A DNA stretch of 48,090 bases, from positions 1-48,090 of the forward strand of contig PNOQ01000053.1 of the NCBI GenBank assembly GCA_013824915.1. Direction: 5' to 3'. The notes under the pieces were generated by a model. That model was not told where the DNA came from, searched no databases, and worked only from the letters and a program-made list of their open reading frames with translations. The first letter of the stretch is position 1, and the number at the start of each line of letters is the position of its first letter. Source of the DNA: Nanoarchaeum sp. (GTDB taxonomy: Archaea > Nanobdellota > Nanobdellia > SCGC-AAA011-G17 > PNOQ01). Both the position numbers and the translations under genes were made by a program. This document shows positions 9,158 to 17,559 of this stretch, piece after piece.

Positions 9158-9196
9158 TGGTAGGGGAAAATATTGCCCCCCCATTTTTTCTTTTTT
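9158..9196 (+). terminator. Hairpin plus oligo-T terminator-like element
   Basis: GGGG-aaaatattg-CCCC stem followed by TTTTTTCTTTTTT. Confidence 0.5.
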
Positions 9197-9245
9197 AAAA
9201 GATATAGCAACATATTTTACAATTTTTTATGTTTAGAATTATGAA

Positions 9246-9355
9246 TGGCCCGAACCGGATTTGAACCGGCGATCTTCCGAGTTCTGCTATACCTAGATAT
9301 CAGTTTCATCCTCAAATGTGAGACGGATGCTCTAGCCAGGCTAAGCTATCAGGCC
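9246..9355 (-). tRNA. tRNA-Ile(GAU) with two introns (30/31: 9305-9323; 37/38: 9282-9297)
   Basis: Acceptor GGCCTGA/TCGGGCC, T-arm GCCGG-TTCAAAT-CCGGT; removing 19 and 16 nt gives a 75-nt tRNA with TCCGA-CTGATAC-TCGGA; intron 1 has a complete bulge-helix-bulge. Confidence 0.85.
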
Positions 9356-9389
9356 ATGTTAAAAAGACTAATCTATTTATTTTATAAAT

Positions 9390-10049
9390 TTAACTGTTAT
9401 TTGCAAGTTTCTTATATTTTTCAATAAATTTAGGGTTTTTCGGGTTTATTATATCGAACCACTTATTTACTCTTTCTATGCCTCTTACTTCAATTACATG
9501 TACATCTCTCCATCTTGGATTGTTTCTTAGATTAACGTAATAACCTGATTGTATGTTTAGTTTTGATAATTCAACTTTTATTTGTTTTGCTAAATATTCT
9601 GATGTAGTTGTTATCTTTACTCTTGGATACAGTTTATTATTTTTATGTTCTAAGTACAAACAACCATCTGTATCAAATATACCTCTAATTGAAGATATCA
9701 TTAATTCTTTTTTTCTTAAAAACATTTGAGGAATTCCTATTTCTCTCTTTTGACCTAAAGGCAATTTTAATATATTGTGTTTGAAATTAACTAGCTCATT
9801 TGACCAAATTTGGAAACCAAAAACGCCAGTTGTATGCATTTCCCTTAAAGAAACATCATAATCATAAAGTTCTTTGTATATTGGTTTTATTCTAGTCTTA
9901 TAATGTTCAACATCATCTAAAATATGTCCTCTTAATTGATAAATCCCTCTTTGTTTGTTATTACTTAAATAAAAGTTCATAGAACCATCGCCTATATGCC
10001 AACCAGTTTCTTCAGCTAGTTCAGAAGTGATAGATTTAGGAATTTCCAT
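9390..10049 (-). CDS. Free-standing LAGLIDADG homing endonuclease-family protein
   Basis: Two motifs: LAEETGWHIGDG and SIRGIFDTDG. Confidence 0.85.
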   Translation of the reverse strand: MEIPKSITSELAEETGWHIGDGSMNFYLSNNKQRGIYQLRGHILDDVEHYKTRIKPIYKELYDYDVSLREMHTTGVFGFQIWSNELVNFKHNILKLPLGQKREIGIPQMFLRKKELMISSIRGIFDTDGCLYLEHKNNKLYPRVKITTTSEYLAKQIKVELSKLNIQSGYYVNLRNNPRWRDVHVIEVRGIERVNKWFDIINPKNPKFIEKYKKLANNS

Positions 10050-10100
10050 AAAAGAATAGATGAAAATTAGTTTAAATACCTGGTGCAGGTGGTTGGCAAG

Positions 10101-13100
10101 CTAACTATTAGGTCTTGGTGGAGAAGATTGTGGTATTCCTGGATAAACCCAGTAAGCTTTGCCGATTTGTAGTATTTCGGAACTTATATCTGAGTAAGAA
10201 TTTCCGTTCCATTCCATAACTGTGTACTGGCCAGGGCCGTAATTTTGATTTACTGTGCCTTCAATAATTGTACCCACAAGATTCCAACTATTAGGGGTTA
10301 ATGAATCGCAATAGCTTTCAAAAGTTCCTTCAATTGGTAAAGAGATATAACTAGTAGATTCGATTATATAACCATTACAAGGAGTTATATTTTGTATCTG
10401 TTCTATCTCTTTGTAGTTCATAAACCAATGTTCTAATTCAGAATTATAATACATTATTGAGTTTGAATTGAAGGATGTTTTTGTAAATTGATCATTAGGG
10501 GCTGAAATAAAATTGTAACCTGGTTGTAAATTTATTGAATAATCAGAATCAGAATTCATATTAATAAAAAATGTTGAAGTCATCCAGTTGCTTGAAATAT
10601 CACTAGCATTTATTGAAACTTCATAATTCTGATTAGGAATAAATACGAAATTTGTAAAGTCTGACTCGAACCAAGAAAATTGTGTGTCATAAAAAATATT
10701 TTCTGGTTGGCGTACAGAATAGGGATTACCAATAGCGATTAGTTGAACCTCTTGATTATTTATTGTTAATTTTATACTTTCTAAATTATCATCAGCTATT
10801 GTGAATCTAAACGTTCCATTAGGAAAAACTAAATTATTCGATGCGGAAGTTCCATTTAATATGTCTACGTCTATCAAAACAGGAGGAATATTATCTATTT
10901 CGTTAGCCGGATCAAAATAAAAAGTTGAATTAGTAGTATAAACAATATTACCAAATCCAATAGCTGATTGTTGTATAGTCATAGGCCTAGATAAATCTAA
11001 ATTTCTGAAGTTTGGGTAAATGTCTAAAAGCGCACTATTTGTGTCATTTATATAGACATTCGAACTTGCCCAATAGCTAAATGTCATTTCAGAATCTACA
11101 CCTTCTTGATAAAAATTGAATGTCATTGCAGATAGTCTGTATGGTAAATCGCCTGATTGAGAAGATAAGAAACTATCAAAATCTAATATATTTTCATTTG
11201 ATCTGTGTCTGTTAATAATAAATACTGGATCGAGTTGTAAATTTGAATTTTCAGTTATAGAATATACTTTGTTCATAATATAATCTTGATCTAAACTTTT
11301 TATTCTTGTAACGAAATGTAACTCTTCTTGATTTAAATTAAATAAATTTGAAATAGACACTAAAGGTTGACTAAATTCATAAAATCCTAGATTAACCCAA
11401 CGTTTAGGATTAGAAATGTTCATAAAATCTATAGATAGATCTTCAAATAAATAGTCTTCTGGTTTTTGAGTGTTATATAACGTCAGTGGATTTATGGAAG
11501 TATTAAGATAATTATCTGCTGTTAATGAAAAATGAGATAAATATTTATCTATTGAGTATGTTTTTGTATTATTCGAGAAATATCTTGTTAGTATATTAAT
11601 CACTGCATGGTCTTCCGAACTTATACTTGGGAAGTATATTTGTTTTTCTATAAATTCGGAAGGATCATTTGACATTACTATCGAACTTGGTGGGTTACCA
11701 ATTCTGTCTTGTAGCAAATATATTGCATTGTCATCAATTCCTACAATAAAATAATCTAAAGTATATTTTTCTGGTATATTATTTGTCAAGAAGGTTACAT
11801 TTTCGAATAATTCTATGTTATATTCAGGATATGTTGAATTTGAACTAAATGGAAATGAAAATCCACCGTAAGTCCTAAACGATATCCCACCAGTAGATCT
11901 AAATCCGCTGGTTTTTGAAAAACTTTCTCCGTTAGGAAGCAGTGGATCGTATTTTATTGATTTTGACCAATCAAAAGAACTGATAGTTAATGTTTCGTTA
12001 TTAGTTATATTTACTTCGTCTAGGATTATAGTAGTTATGTTTGAATCATAAATAAGTTTTGAATAATTGTTTAATGTTTCATTAGATGTAAGATATGTAT
12101 TCTGAGTAATTAAAAAAATGTCATAATTACTAGATGGGTCTATAATTATTAATATCTTACTCTCGCCTGTGTCCATATTTTCATTTATAAAACCTGTAAA
12201 AACTGAAGATTTATTTTCTGAATTTATTATTACTAATAATGGTGGCATGAATAAGTTCTGAAGATCATATTTTAAATTAAGTTCTACTGTGTTTGCAGGA
12301 TAGAATAAAACTGGCAAGGTTATTGATTCTTCATTGCTAGTAATTAATATTTTTCCTTCGATTAAATTTTCGGGGCAACTATTATCTAAGGATAGATTTA
12401 CAGAAATTAATTGACTTGATGAAGGTTCAAGCATTATTTCTCTTGGAAAAACCAATTCAGCACAAGATTCAGTAGATAAATATTGTAATGAATAAACACG
12501 TCTTTCATTTGAAGGGTTTATTAATGTAAAATTCTTCATTATATTTTCGGGATTTTTTTGATCAACATAACCGAAACTTATACCGGATTCCAAAACTTTT
12601 GAGTTTATGTTTTCTAAATCTACTGCTTTTAATGCATTAACTACGCCATGTCCTTGATCAGTTGCGTTATAACCTAAATCTTCTGCTGTGCTTGTTATTG
12701 AAGCTTTTACTAGTTCAGGAGACCAATCGGGATGTGCTTGTAAAATTAAAGCAGCTAGTCCTGCAACGTGCGGAGTAGCCATGCTAGTTCCAGATAAATA
12801 AACATGATTATTATCTAAACAATTTAATCCCGGAAAAGAACTATCATATCTTGCTGCACAAATATCTACACCTGGTGTAACTATATCTGGTTTGATCAGA
12901 AGTTCTTGAGAGCTTGTTGGACCCCTTGAACTGAAATCGGCTAATTTTAAGGTGACATCGTCAATTGCACCAACTGTGATTGTTTTTCTTGAGTTACCTG
13001 GGCTGATTATCGTATACTTATTTGGCCCGGAATTTCCTGCAGCAGATACGCTAACTAAGCCTTGTTCAACTAAAGAATCAACTGTCAAAGAAACCTGGTC

Positions 13101-14006
13101 ATCTGGATAACCTCCGGGAAAACCCATACTCATGCTGAATATGTCTACACTATCCTCCTCGTTTTCTAAAGGAATTCCATTCTGATTTAAATCTACTAAA
13201 TATTCGAAACTTTCTAACAAATCGTCTAAATATCCAGAACCAGTTTCATCTAACACCTTGAGTGCATACAACGTTGCATCTGGTGCGACACCGTTTAATT
13301 CGCCTTTACCTGCAGCAGTTGAAGCTACATGCGTACCATGACCATGATCATCCATAGGATCAGGATCATTGTTAATAAAATCATAACCACCTGAAACTTT
13401 ACAAGTTGTTCCAAAACATCCGCCTAAATCAGAATGGGTATAGTCTATACCCGTGTCTATTATTGCAATTTTTATTCCTTGACCAGTAATATTCAATCCT
13501 TGACTATCTTGTAATAACCAAACTTGATCTGCACCTATACTACTGACACTATTATCTAAAGTCGCAGTTAGTTTATAATTAGGAATTATTGATAATATAT
13601 CTTGGTTATCTTTTATTTTTTCTATATTTTCTTTAGATGCTTTAACTAGAAATGCATTTGATGATTTTTTAAATTTTTTATTTATTTGTATGTTATTAGA
13701 CAAAAGTTCTACTTCTTTTTCTTTTTGATAATTATTTAGGTTTAAATTTTCTGCAACTTTATTATTAGAATTCATTAAAGGTTTTTCTTTGAAAAATATA
13801 ATGTAAGAATCTTTTTCAAATTCTGGTGTAGATATTTCAGATAGGATATTTAGTGTACTTGATTCGCCAGCTAGGTTTATATCATTGTAGTTTAATTTAT
13901 TTTCTTCTTGTGAGAATATTTGTGTTTCGGGAGATAATTGTTTTTCTTGTTTGCACGATGATATTAAGATTAATACTAGTATTAGAAAAATCACCAATTT
14001 TTTCAT
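10101..14006 (-). CDS. Secreted S8 (subtilisin-like) serine protease, multidomain
   Basis: Signal/lipobox-like ISSC, I9-like propeptide, catalytic IIDTG, HGTHVA, GTSMATPHVAG; long C-terminal extension. Confidence 0.92.
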   Translation of the reverse strand: MKKLVIFLILVLILISSCKQEKQLSPETQIFSQEENKLNYNDINLAGESSTLNILSEISTPEFEKDSYIIFFKEKPLMNSNNKVAENLNLNNYQKEKEVELLSNNIQINKKFKKSSNAFLVKASKENIEKIKDNQDILSIIPNYKLTATLDNSVSSIGADQVWLLQDSQGLNITGQGIKIAIIDTGIDYTHSDLGGCFGTTCKVSGGYDFINNDPDPMDDHGHGTHVASTAAGKGELNGVAPDATLYALKVLDETGSGYLDDLLESFEYLVDLNQNGIPLENEEDSVDIFSMSMGFPGGYPDDQVSLTVDSLVEQGLVSVSAAGNSGPNKYTIISPGNSRKTITVGAIDDVTLKLADFSSRGPTSSQELLIKPDIVTPGVDICAARYDSSFPGLNCLDNNHVYLSGTSMATPHVAGLAALILQAHPDWSPELVKASITSTAEDLGYNATDQGHGVVNALKAVDLENINSKVLESGISFGYVDQKNPENIMKNFTLINPSNERRVYSLQYLSTESCAELVFPREIMLEPSSSQLISVNLSLDNSCPENLIEGKILITSNEESITLPVLFYPANTVELNLKYDLQNLFMPPLLVIINSENKSSVFTGFINENMDTGESKILIIIDPSSNYDIFLITQNTYLTSNETLNNYSKLIYDSNITTIILDEVNITNNETLTISSFDWSKSIKYDPLLPNGESFSKTSGFRSTGGISFRTYGGFSFPFSSNSTYPEYNIELFENVTFLTNNIPEKYTLDYFIVGIDDNAIYLLQDRIGNPPSSIVMSNDPSEFIEKQIYFPSISSEDHAVINILTRYFSNNTKTYSIDKYLSHFSLTADNYLNTSINPLTLYNTQKPEDYLFEDLSIDFMNISNPKRWVNLGFYEFSQPLVSISNLFNLNQEELHFVTRIKSLDQDYIMNKVYSITENSNLQLDPVFIINRHRSNENILDFDSFLSSQSGDLPYRLSAMTFNFYQEGVDSEMTFSYWASSNVYINDTNSALLDIYPNFRNLDLSRPMTIQQSAIGFGNIVYTTNSTFYFDPANEIDNIPPVLIDVDILNGTSASNNLVFPNGTFRFTIADDNLESIKLTINNQEVQLIAIGNPYSVRQPENIFYDTQFSWFESDFTNFVFIPNQNYEVSINASDISSNWMTSTFFINMNSDSDYSINLQPGYNFISAPNDQFTKTSFNSNSIMYYNSELEHWFMNYKEIEQIQNITPCNGYIIESTSYISLPIEGTFESYCDSLTPNSWNLVGTIIEGTVNQNYGPGQYTVMEWNGNSYSDISSEILQIGKAYWVYPGIPQSSPPRPNS

Positions 14007-14088
14007 AAGTATATTGAACTAATTTGTTTTATAAGTATTTCTAAAAACCGAAGTTTTAAATATTAAAGTTTTCAAAAATATAATAATA

Positions 14089-14838
14089 ATGATAAAAAAC
14101 AGAAAGCCATATAACAAAAAATTGGGTAAAATTTCAGAGTTTACCATTTGGAGTGTGGATGGCAAGTATATTAGGAAGTATATCGATCCCGAATTTACTA
14201 ATTTTGGACAACATTACAAATATTATTTTATACCACCTAATGAGTTTTGGATAGATAAAGAATTTGGTAAACATTCTGAAACTAAATATTTTGTTGATCA
14301 TATGTTGGTTGAAAATAGATTGATGGCTGAAGGCAAAAGCTATATTGAAGCTATTGACATGGGCGATAAAGTTGAAAGAAGAGAAAGAAGAAAAGCTTTA
14401 ATTTTAGAGAGGAAAAAGGAGCTAAACCCCAAAAAAACAAAAATTATAGACAGGATTCATTTAAATTTATTAAAAAAATATAGCGGAAAACATTTGAAAG
14501 TTTGGGTAGTAGATGGTAATTTAGTTAGAGATAGATTCCGTATTGAATTTACAGAGGGCGGGCATGACAAAGTGTATAATTTTGTGCCCAAGAATGAAGT
14601 TTGGTTAGATGATGATTTGAGCCAAAGAGAAAGGAAGTTTATTTTGCTACATGAGTTACATGAAAGGTATTTAATGTGTTTAGGTTGGATTTATGATTCT
14701 AATAAGTTTAATGAGAAAAAATCTGCACATAGAAGTGCTAGTAAAATAGAGTATTATTGTAGACATTATCCTAAAGAATTGGATAAACATCTTAATCTAG
14801 AGTTGAAAAGAAATATTGATTTTAATTCTAAAAATTAA
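14089..14838 (+). CDS. Hypothetical protein with an internally duplicated domain; HExxE metal-binding-like motif
   Basis: W.VDG..IR...EFT..G.H...F.P.NE.W.D occurs twice; LLHELHE in second copy. Confidence 0.75.
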   Translation: MIKNRKPYNKKLGKISEFTIWSVDGKYIRKYIDPEFTNFGQHYKYYFIPPNEFWIDKEFGKHSETKYFVDHMLVENRLMAEGKSYIEAIDMGDKVERRERRKALILERKKELNPKKTKIIDRIHLNLLKKYSGKHLKVWVVDGNLVRDRFRIEFTEGGHDKVYNFVPKNEVWLDDDLSQRERKFILLHELHERYLMCLGWIYDSNKFNEKKSAHRSASKIEYYCRHYPKELDKHLNLELKRNIDFNSKN

Positions 14839-14845
14839 AAATAAG

Positions 14846-14920
14846 CGCCTTGGGGCAGATTTGAACTGCCGACCCCGTGGTTAACAGCCACGTGCTACCA
14901 CCAAGCTGAGCTACCAAGGC
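14846..14920 (-). tRNA. tRNA-Asn(GUU)
   Basis: GCCTTGG/CCAAGGC acceptor, CGTGG-CTGTTAA-CCACG anticodon arm, GGCAG-TTCAAAT-CTGCC T-arm, G73; no encoded CCA. Confidence 0.96.
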
Positions 14921-14960
14921 ATAAAAAATTGAGGATTTAGAATATTTATAAAACTAACTA

Positions 14961-15848
14961 TTACATAGATCTTAATCTTTTGATTCTGTCGTCTATAGGT
15001 GGATGTGTACTCCACAACTTAGATAAGTTCTTTTTAGAGAATGGATTAGATATGAATAAATGTGCTGTAGCTTTATTTGCTTTGTCTACTAAAGGATCTG
15101 GATCTTGTTTTATTTTTTCTAATGCCGAAGCTAAGCCTTCTGGATATCTAGTTAGGATAGCTCCTGAAGCGTCAGCCATATACTCTCTTTTTCTTGAAAT
15201 TGCTAATTTGATCAGTTCTACAAATATTGGAGCTAGAATGGCTAAAACTAATCCTATAATCAAAAATATTGCGTGAGAATTATTTCTATCATTACTGCCT
15301 TTCCCACCATATAACATAGATCTTAAAAAGAAATCACTCAATAAAACAGTAATACCTACTAGAACTGCAGTTAACATCATAAACCTAATATCATAATTTT
15401 TTATATGAGACATTTCATGAGCAATAACTCCTTCTAGTTCTTGTCTGTTTAATTTATTTAGTAAACCAGTTGTTACAGTGATTGATGCTTTTTTTGGATC
15501 TTTTCCTGTAGCAAATGCGTTTAATGCCGAATCCTCAATAACGTATACTTTAGGTGTTGGAATTCCTGCAGCAATTGCTAATCCTTCAACAGAATGATAT
15601 AAGTGTGGATAATCTTGTTTTTTTACCTCTTTAGCACCAGACATGGATAGTATCATCTTATCGCCCGAATTAAAAACAATTAAAGTGTAGAAAAATGCAA
15701 ATATTGCGGCTAATATTGCACCTGCATAGATATTACCCCAAAAGTTCCCTAAACCTAAACCTATTAATGTAATTATGATTATGAATATAAATATTAAGAA
15801 AATTGAGTTCCACTTATTTCTATTTACCTCTGAAAACATGTCTGCCAT
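14961..15848 (-). CDS. htpX: HtpX-like M48 zinc metalloprotease
   Basis: NAFATG, HEMSH, SRKREYMADA, STHPP; downstream of lemA. Confidence 0.93.
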   Translation of the reverse strand: MADMFSEVNRNKWNSIFLIFIFIIIITLIGLGLGNFWGNIYAGAILAAIFAFFYTLIVFNSGDKMILSMSGAKEVKKQDYPHLYHSVEGLAIAAGIPTPKVYVIEDSALNAFATGKDPKKASITVTTGLLNKLNRQELEGVIAHEMSHIKNYDIRFMMLTAVLVGITVLLSDFFLRSMLYGGKGSNDRNNSHAIFLIIGLVLAILAPIFVELIKLAISRKREYMADASGAILTRYPEGLASALEKIKQDPDPLVDKANKATAHLFISNPFSKKNLSKLWSTHPPIDDRIKRLRSM

Positions 15849-15863
15849 ATTAAATAAAAAAAG

Positions 15864-16415
15864 TTAAAATTTAACCTTTACAGGTTCTTTTTCCTTTTCT
15901 TCTGTCTTGAAGAATTCTTCTTCCTTGAAGCCCATTATACCTGCTGCGATGTTACTTGGGAATACATGTATTTTTGTGTTATAATCCATAGTTGTGTCGT
16001 TGTAGTATTGCCTTGCGTAACTAATCTTGTTTTCTGTGCCAGCTAACTCTTCTTGAAGCATTTTGAAATTTTCAGAAGCTTGTAACTTCGGATAGTTTTC
16101 AGCTACTGCAAATACAGATTTTAATGCTTCTGTGATTTGGTTAGATGCTTTTGCTCTTTCTGTTAATGAACCAGAAACTAAATTAGCTCTTGCGTTAGTA
16201 ATCTCTGTTAGAACTTCTCTTTCATGTTTCATGTAACCTTTGACAGATTCAATTAAATTTGGGATTAAATCGTATCTTCTTTTTAACTGTACATCTATCT
16301 GGCTCCAAGCGTTTTTTACTTTATATCTTAATCTTACTAATGAGTTGAATATCAAAATAACCCATAAGACTAAAATACCAAGTACAATTAAGCCTATTAT
16401 CAATGAACTTACCAT
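15864..16415 (-). CDS. lemA: LemA family protein
   Basis: NAWSQIDVQLKRRYDLIPNL, AENYPKL, ENKISYARQYYN. Confidence 0.96.
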   Translation of the reverse strand: MVSSLIIGLIVLGILVLWVILIFNSLVRLRYKVKNAWSQIDVQLKRRYDLIPNLIESVKGYMKHEREVLTEITNARANLVSGSLTERAKASNQITEALKSVFAVAENYPKLQASENFKMLQEELAGTENKISYARQYYNDTTMDYNTKIHVFPSNIAAGIMGFKEEEFFKTEEKEKEPVKVKF

Positions 16416-16461
16416 GTTTTAGAAACAAAAAATTAGTATTTAAATGTTTGGATTCGAGAAA

Positions 16462-17559
16462 TTATTCTAGAAAATCTTTATTCTTAATTTTGTTAGGAAG
16501 ATAAGTTTCGGATATAAAACTAATCCCTTTTGTGGCTAATGCCTGAATTTCTACTTTTCCGTGAAATTCTTTCATCATTTTGAATTGTCTTTGCCAAGCC
16601 TTGTTATCTTTGAACCAGTCATATTGGGATATTTGTTTTATTCTTGCTAAATCTTTTTCATCTAGTCTAATAAGATGTTTCTTTAAATCATAATTTATTA
16701 TATCATCCATAGTTATTCCTATATACTTAACACTTGGAATAGTTAATCTGTCTGAAGCATGAGCTAAAGCAATAGACCCATATTTAACAACCGAATAAAT
16801 ATATGCTCCGTAAATATCTCCATCACATAATACATAAATTGGTAAATTTTGTTCCTCTGATAATCTCTGTAATAATCTTCTTATGCCTCTAGTTGTTTGA
16901 CCTTGAGAAGTTACTAAAATACAATTATTTTTTACCCAGAATTTATCTTCATTTAATCTTTCGAATATAGCTGCTTTTTCTGTGTACAATATGTATTTAG
17001 CCTCTACTTTTTTGAATTCTAATTCATCAGTTATAGAAGGAATAGAATAACCTCCACGGCCTAGCCTAGAACAGTCTATTAAATCGCCAGCGTCAACTAA
17101 AGATATACTTCCAACCATACTACCCATTTTATTAGCAGAAACATGTAACTCTTCTCTAGACAAACCAGTTATAACTTCTAAATCTTCAATTATTTTATCA
17201 GATTCAGTCTGGTCATCTACAAGATTAATATTTGTTCCAGGTAGAGTTCTTTTTGCAATATAGAATATACCTCTTAAATGTTCATGTTTATTTGTTTCGA
17301 TTAATTGTTTTTTTATTATAGATGCTATTTCTATTGTTTGTAAGAATTTTTTTGAATGACCTAAATTAAAGAAACTTCTTTCTGTTATTGATTTACCAAG
17401 TTCTAGTTTTTTTGTTTGCTTGTTATATTTAATATTGGATAAAGATCTTGTAGGAAATTTAACTGAAGGGTTCTGTTTTTTTGATATTTGCCTAGCTAAG
17501 TTATCTCCTAATTCTTTTAACTTCTCTTCCGAAAGACTAATCTTCTTTGATGGTACCAT
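16462..17559 (-). CDS. top6A: DNA topoisomerase VI subunit A
   Basis: LRGIFY catalytic Tyr region, EKAAIF, GQ..RGIRR, DGDIYG Toprim motif; overlaps top6B. Confidence 0.93.
   Translation of the reverse strand: MVPSKKISLSEEKLKELGDNLARQISKKQNPSVKFPTRSLSNIKYNKQTKKLELGKSITERSFFNLGHSKKFLQTIEIASIIKKQLIETNKHEHLRGIFYIAKRTLPGTNINLVDDQTESDKIIEDLEVITGLSREELHVSANKMGSMVGSISLVDAGDLIDCSRLGRGGYSIPSITDELEFKKVEAKYILYTEKAAIFERLNEDKFWVKNNCILVTSQGQTTRGIRRLLQRLSEEQNLPIYVLCDGDIYGAYIYSVVKYGSIALAHASDRLTIPSVKYIGITMDDIINYDLKKHLIRLDEKDLARIKQISQYDWFKDNKAWQRQFKMMKEFHGKVEIQALATKGISFISETYLPNKIKNKDFLE

Noticed and set aside
9246-9355. tRNA-Val(CAC) with a single 35-nt intron
   Set aside because: Leaves a U31:U39 mismatch and no central splice helix. 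The two-intron Ile(GAU) reading gives a perfect anticodon stem and a full BHB.
9245-9427. 60-aa plus-strand ORF MARTGFEPAIF
   Set aside because: Antisense shadow of the tRNA gene.
9390-14920. tRNA-bounded integrated element (LAGLIDADG, protease, hypothetical)
   Set aside because: No integrase and no duplicated tRNA 3' end (att site) seen.
14921-14952. Leaderless tRNA transcription as in Nanoarchaeum equitans
   Set aside because: TATA boxes end 25-26 nt before G1 for both tRNAs versus 22 nt for leaderless mRNAs, implying 3-4 nt leaders. Not decidable without TSS data.
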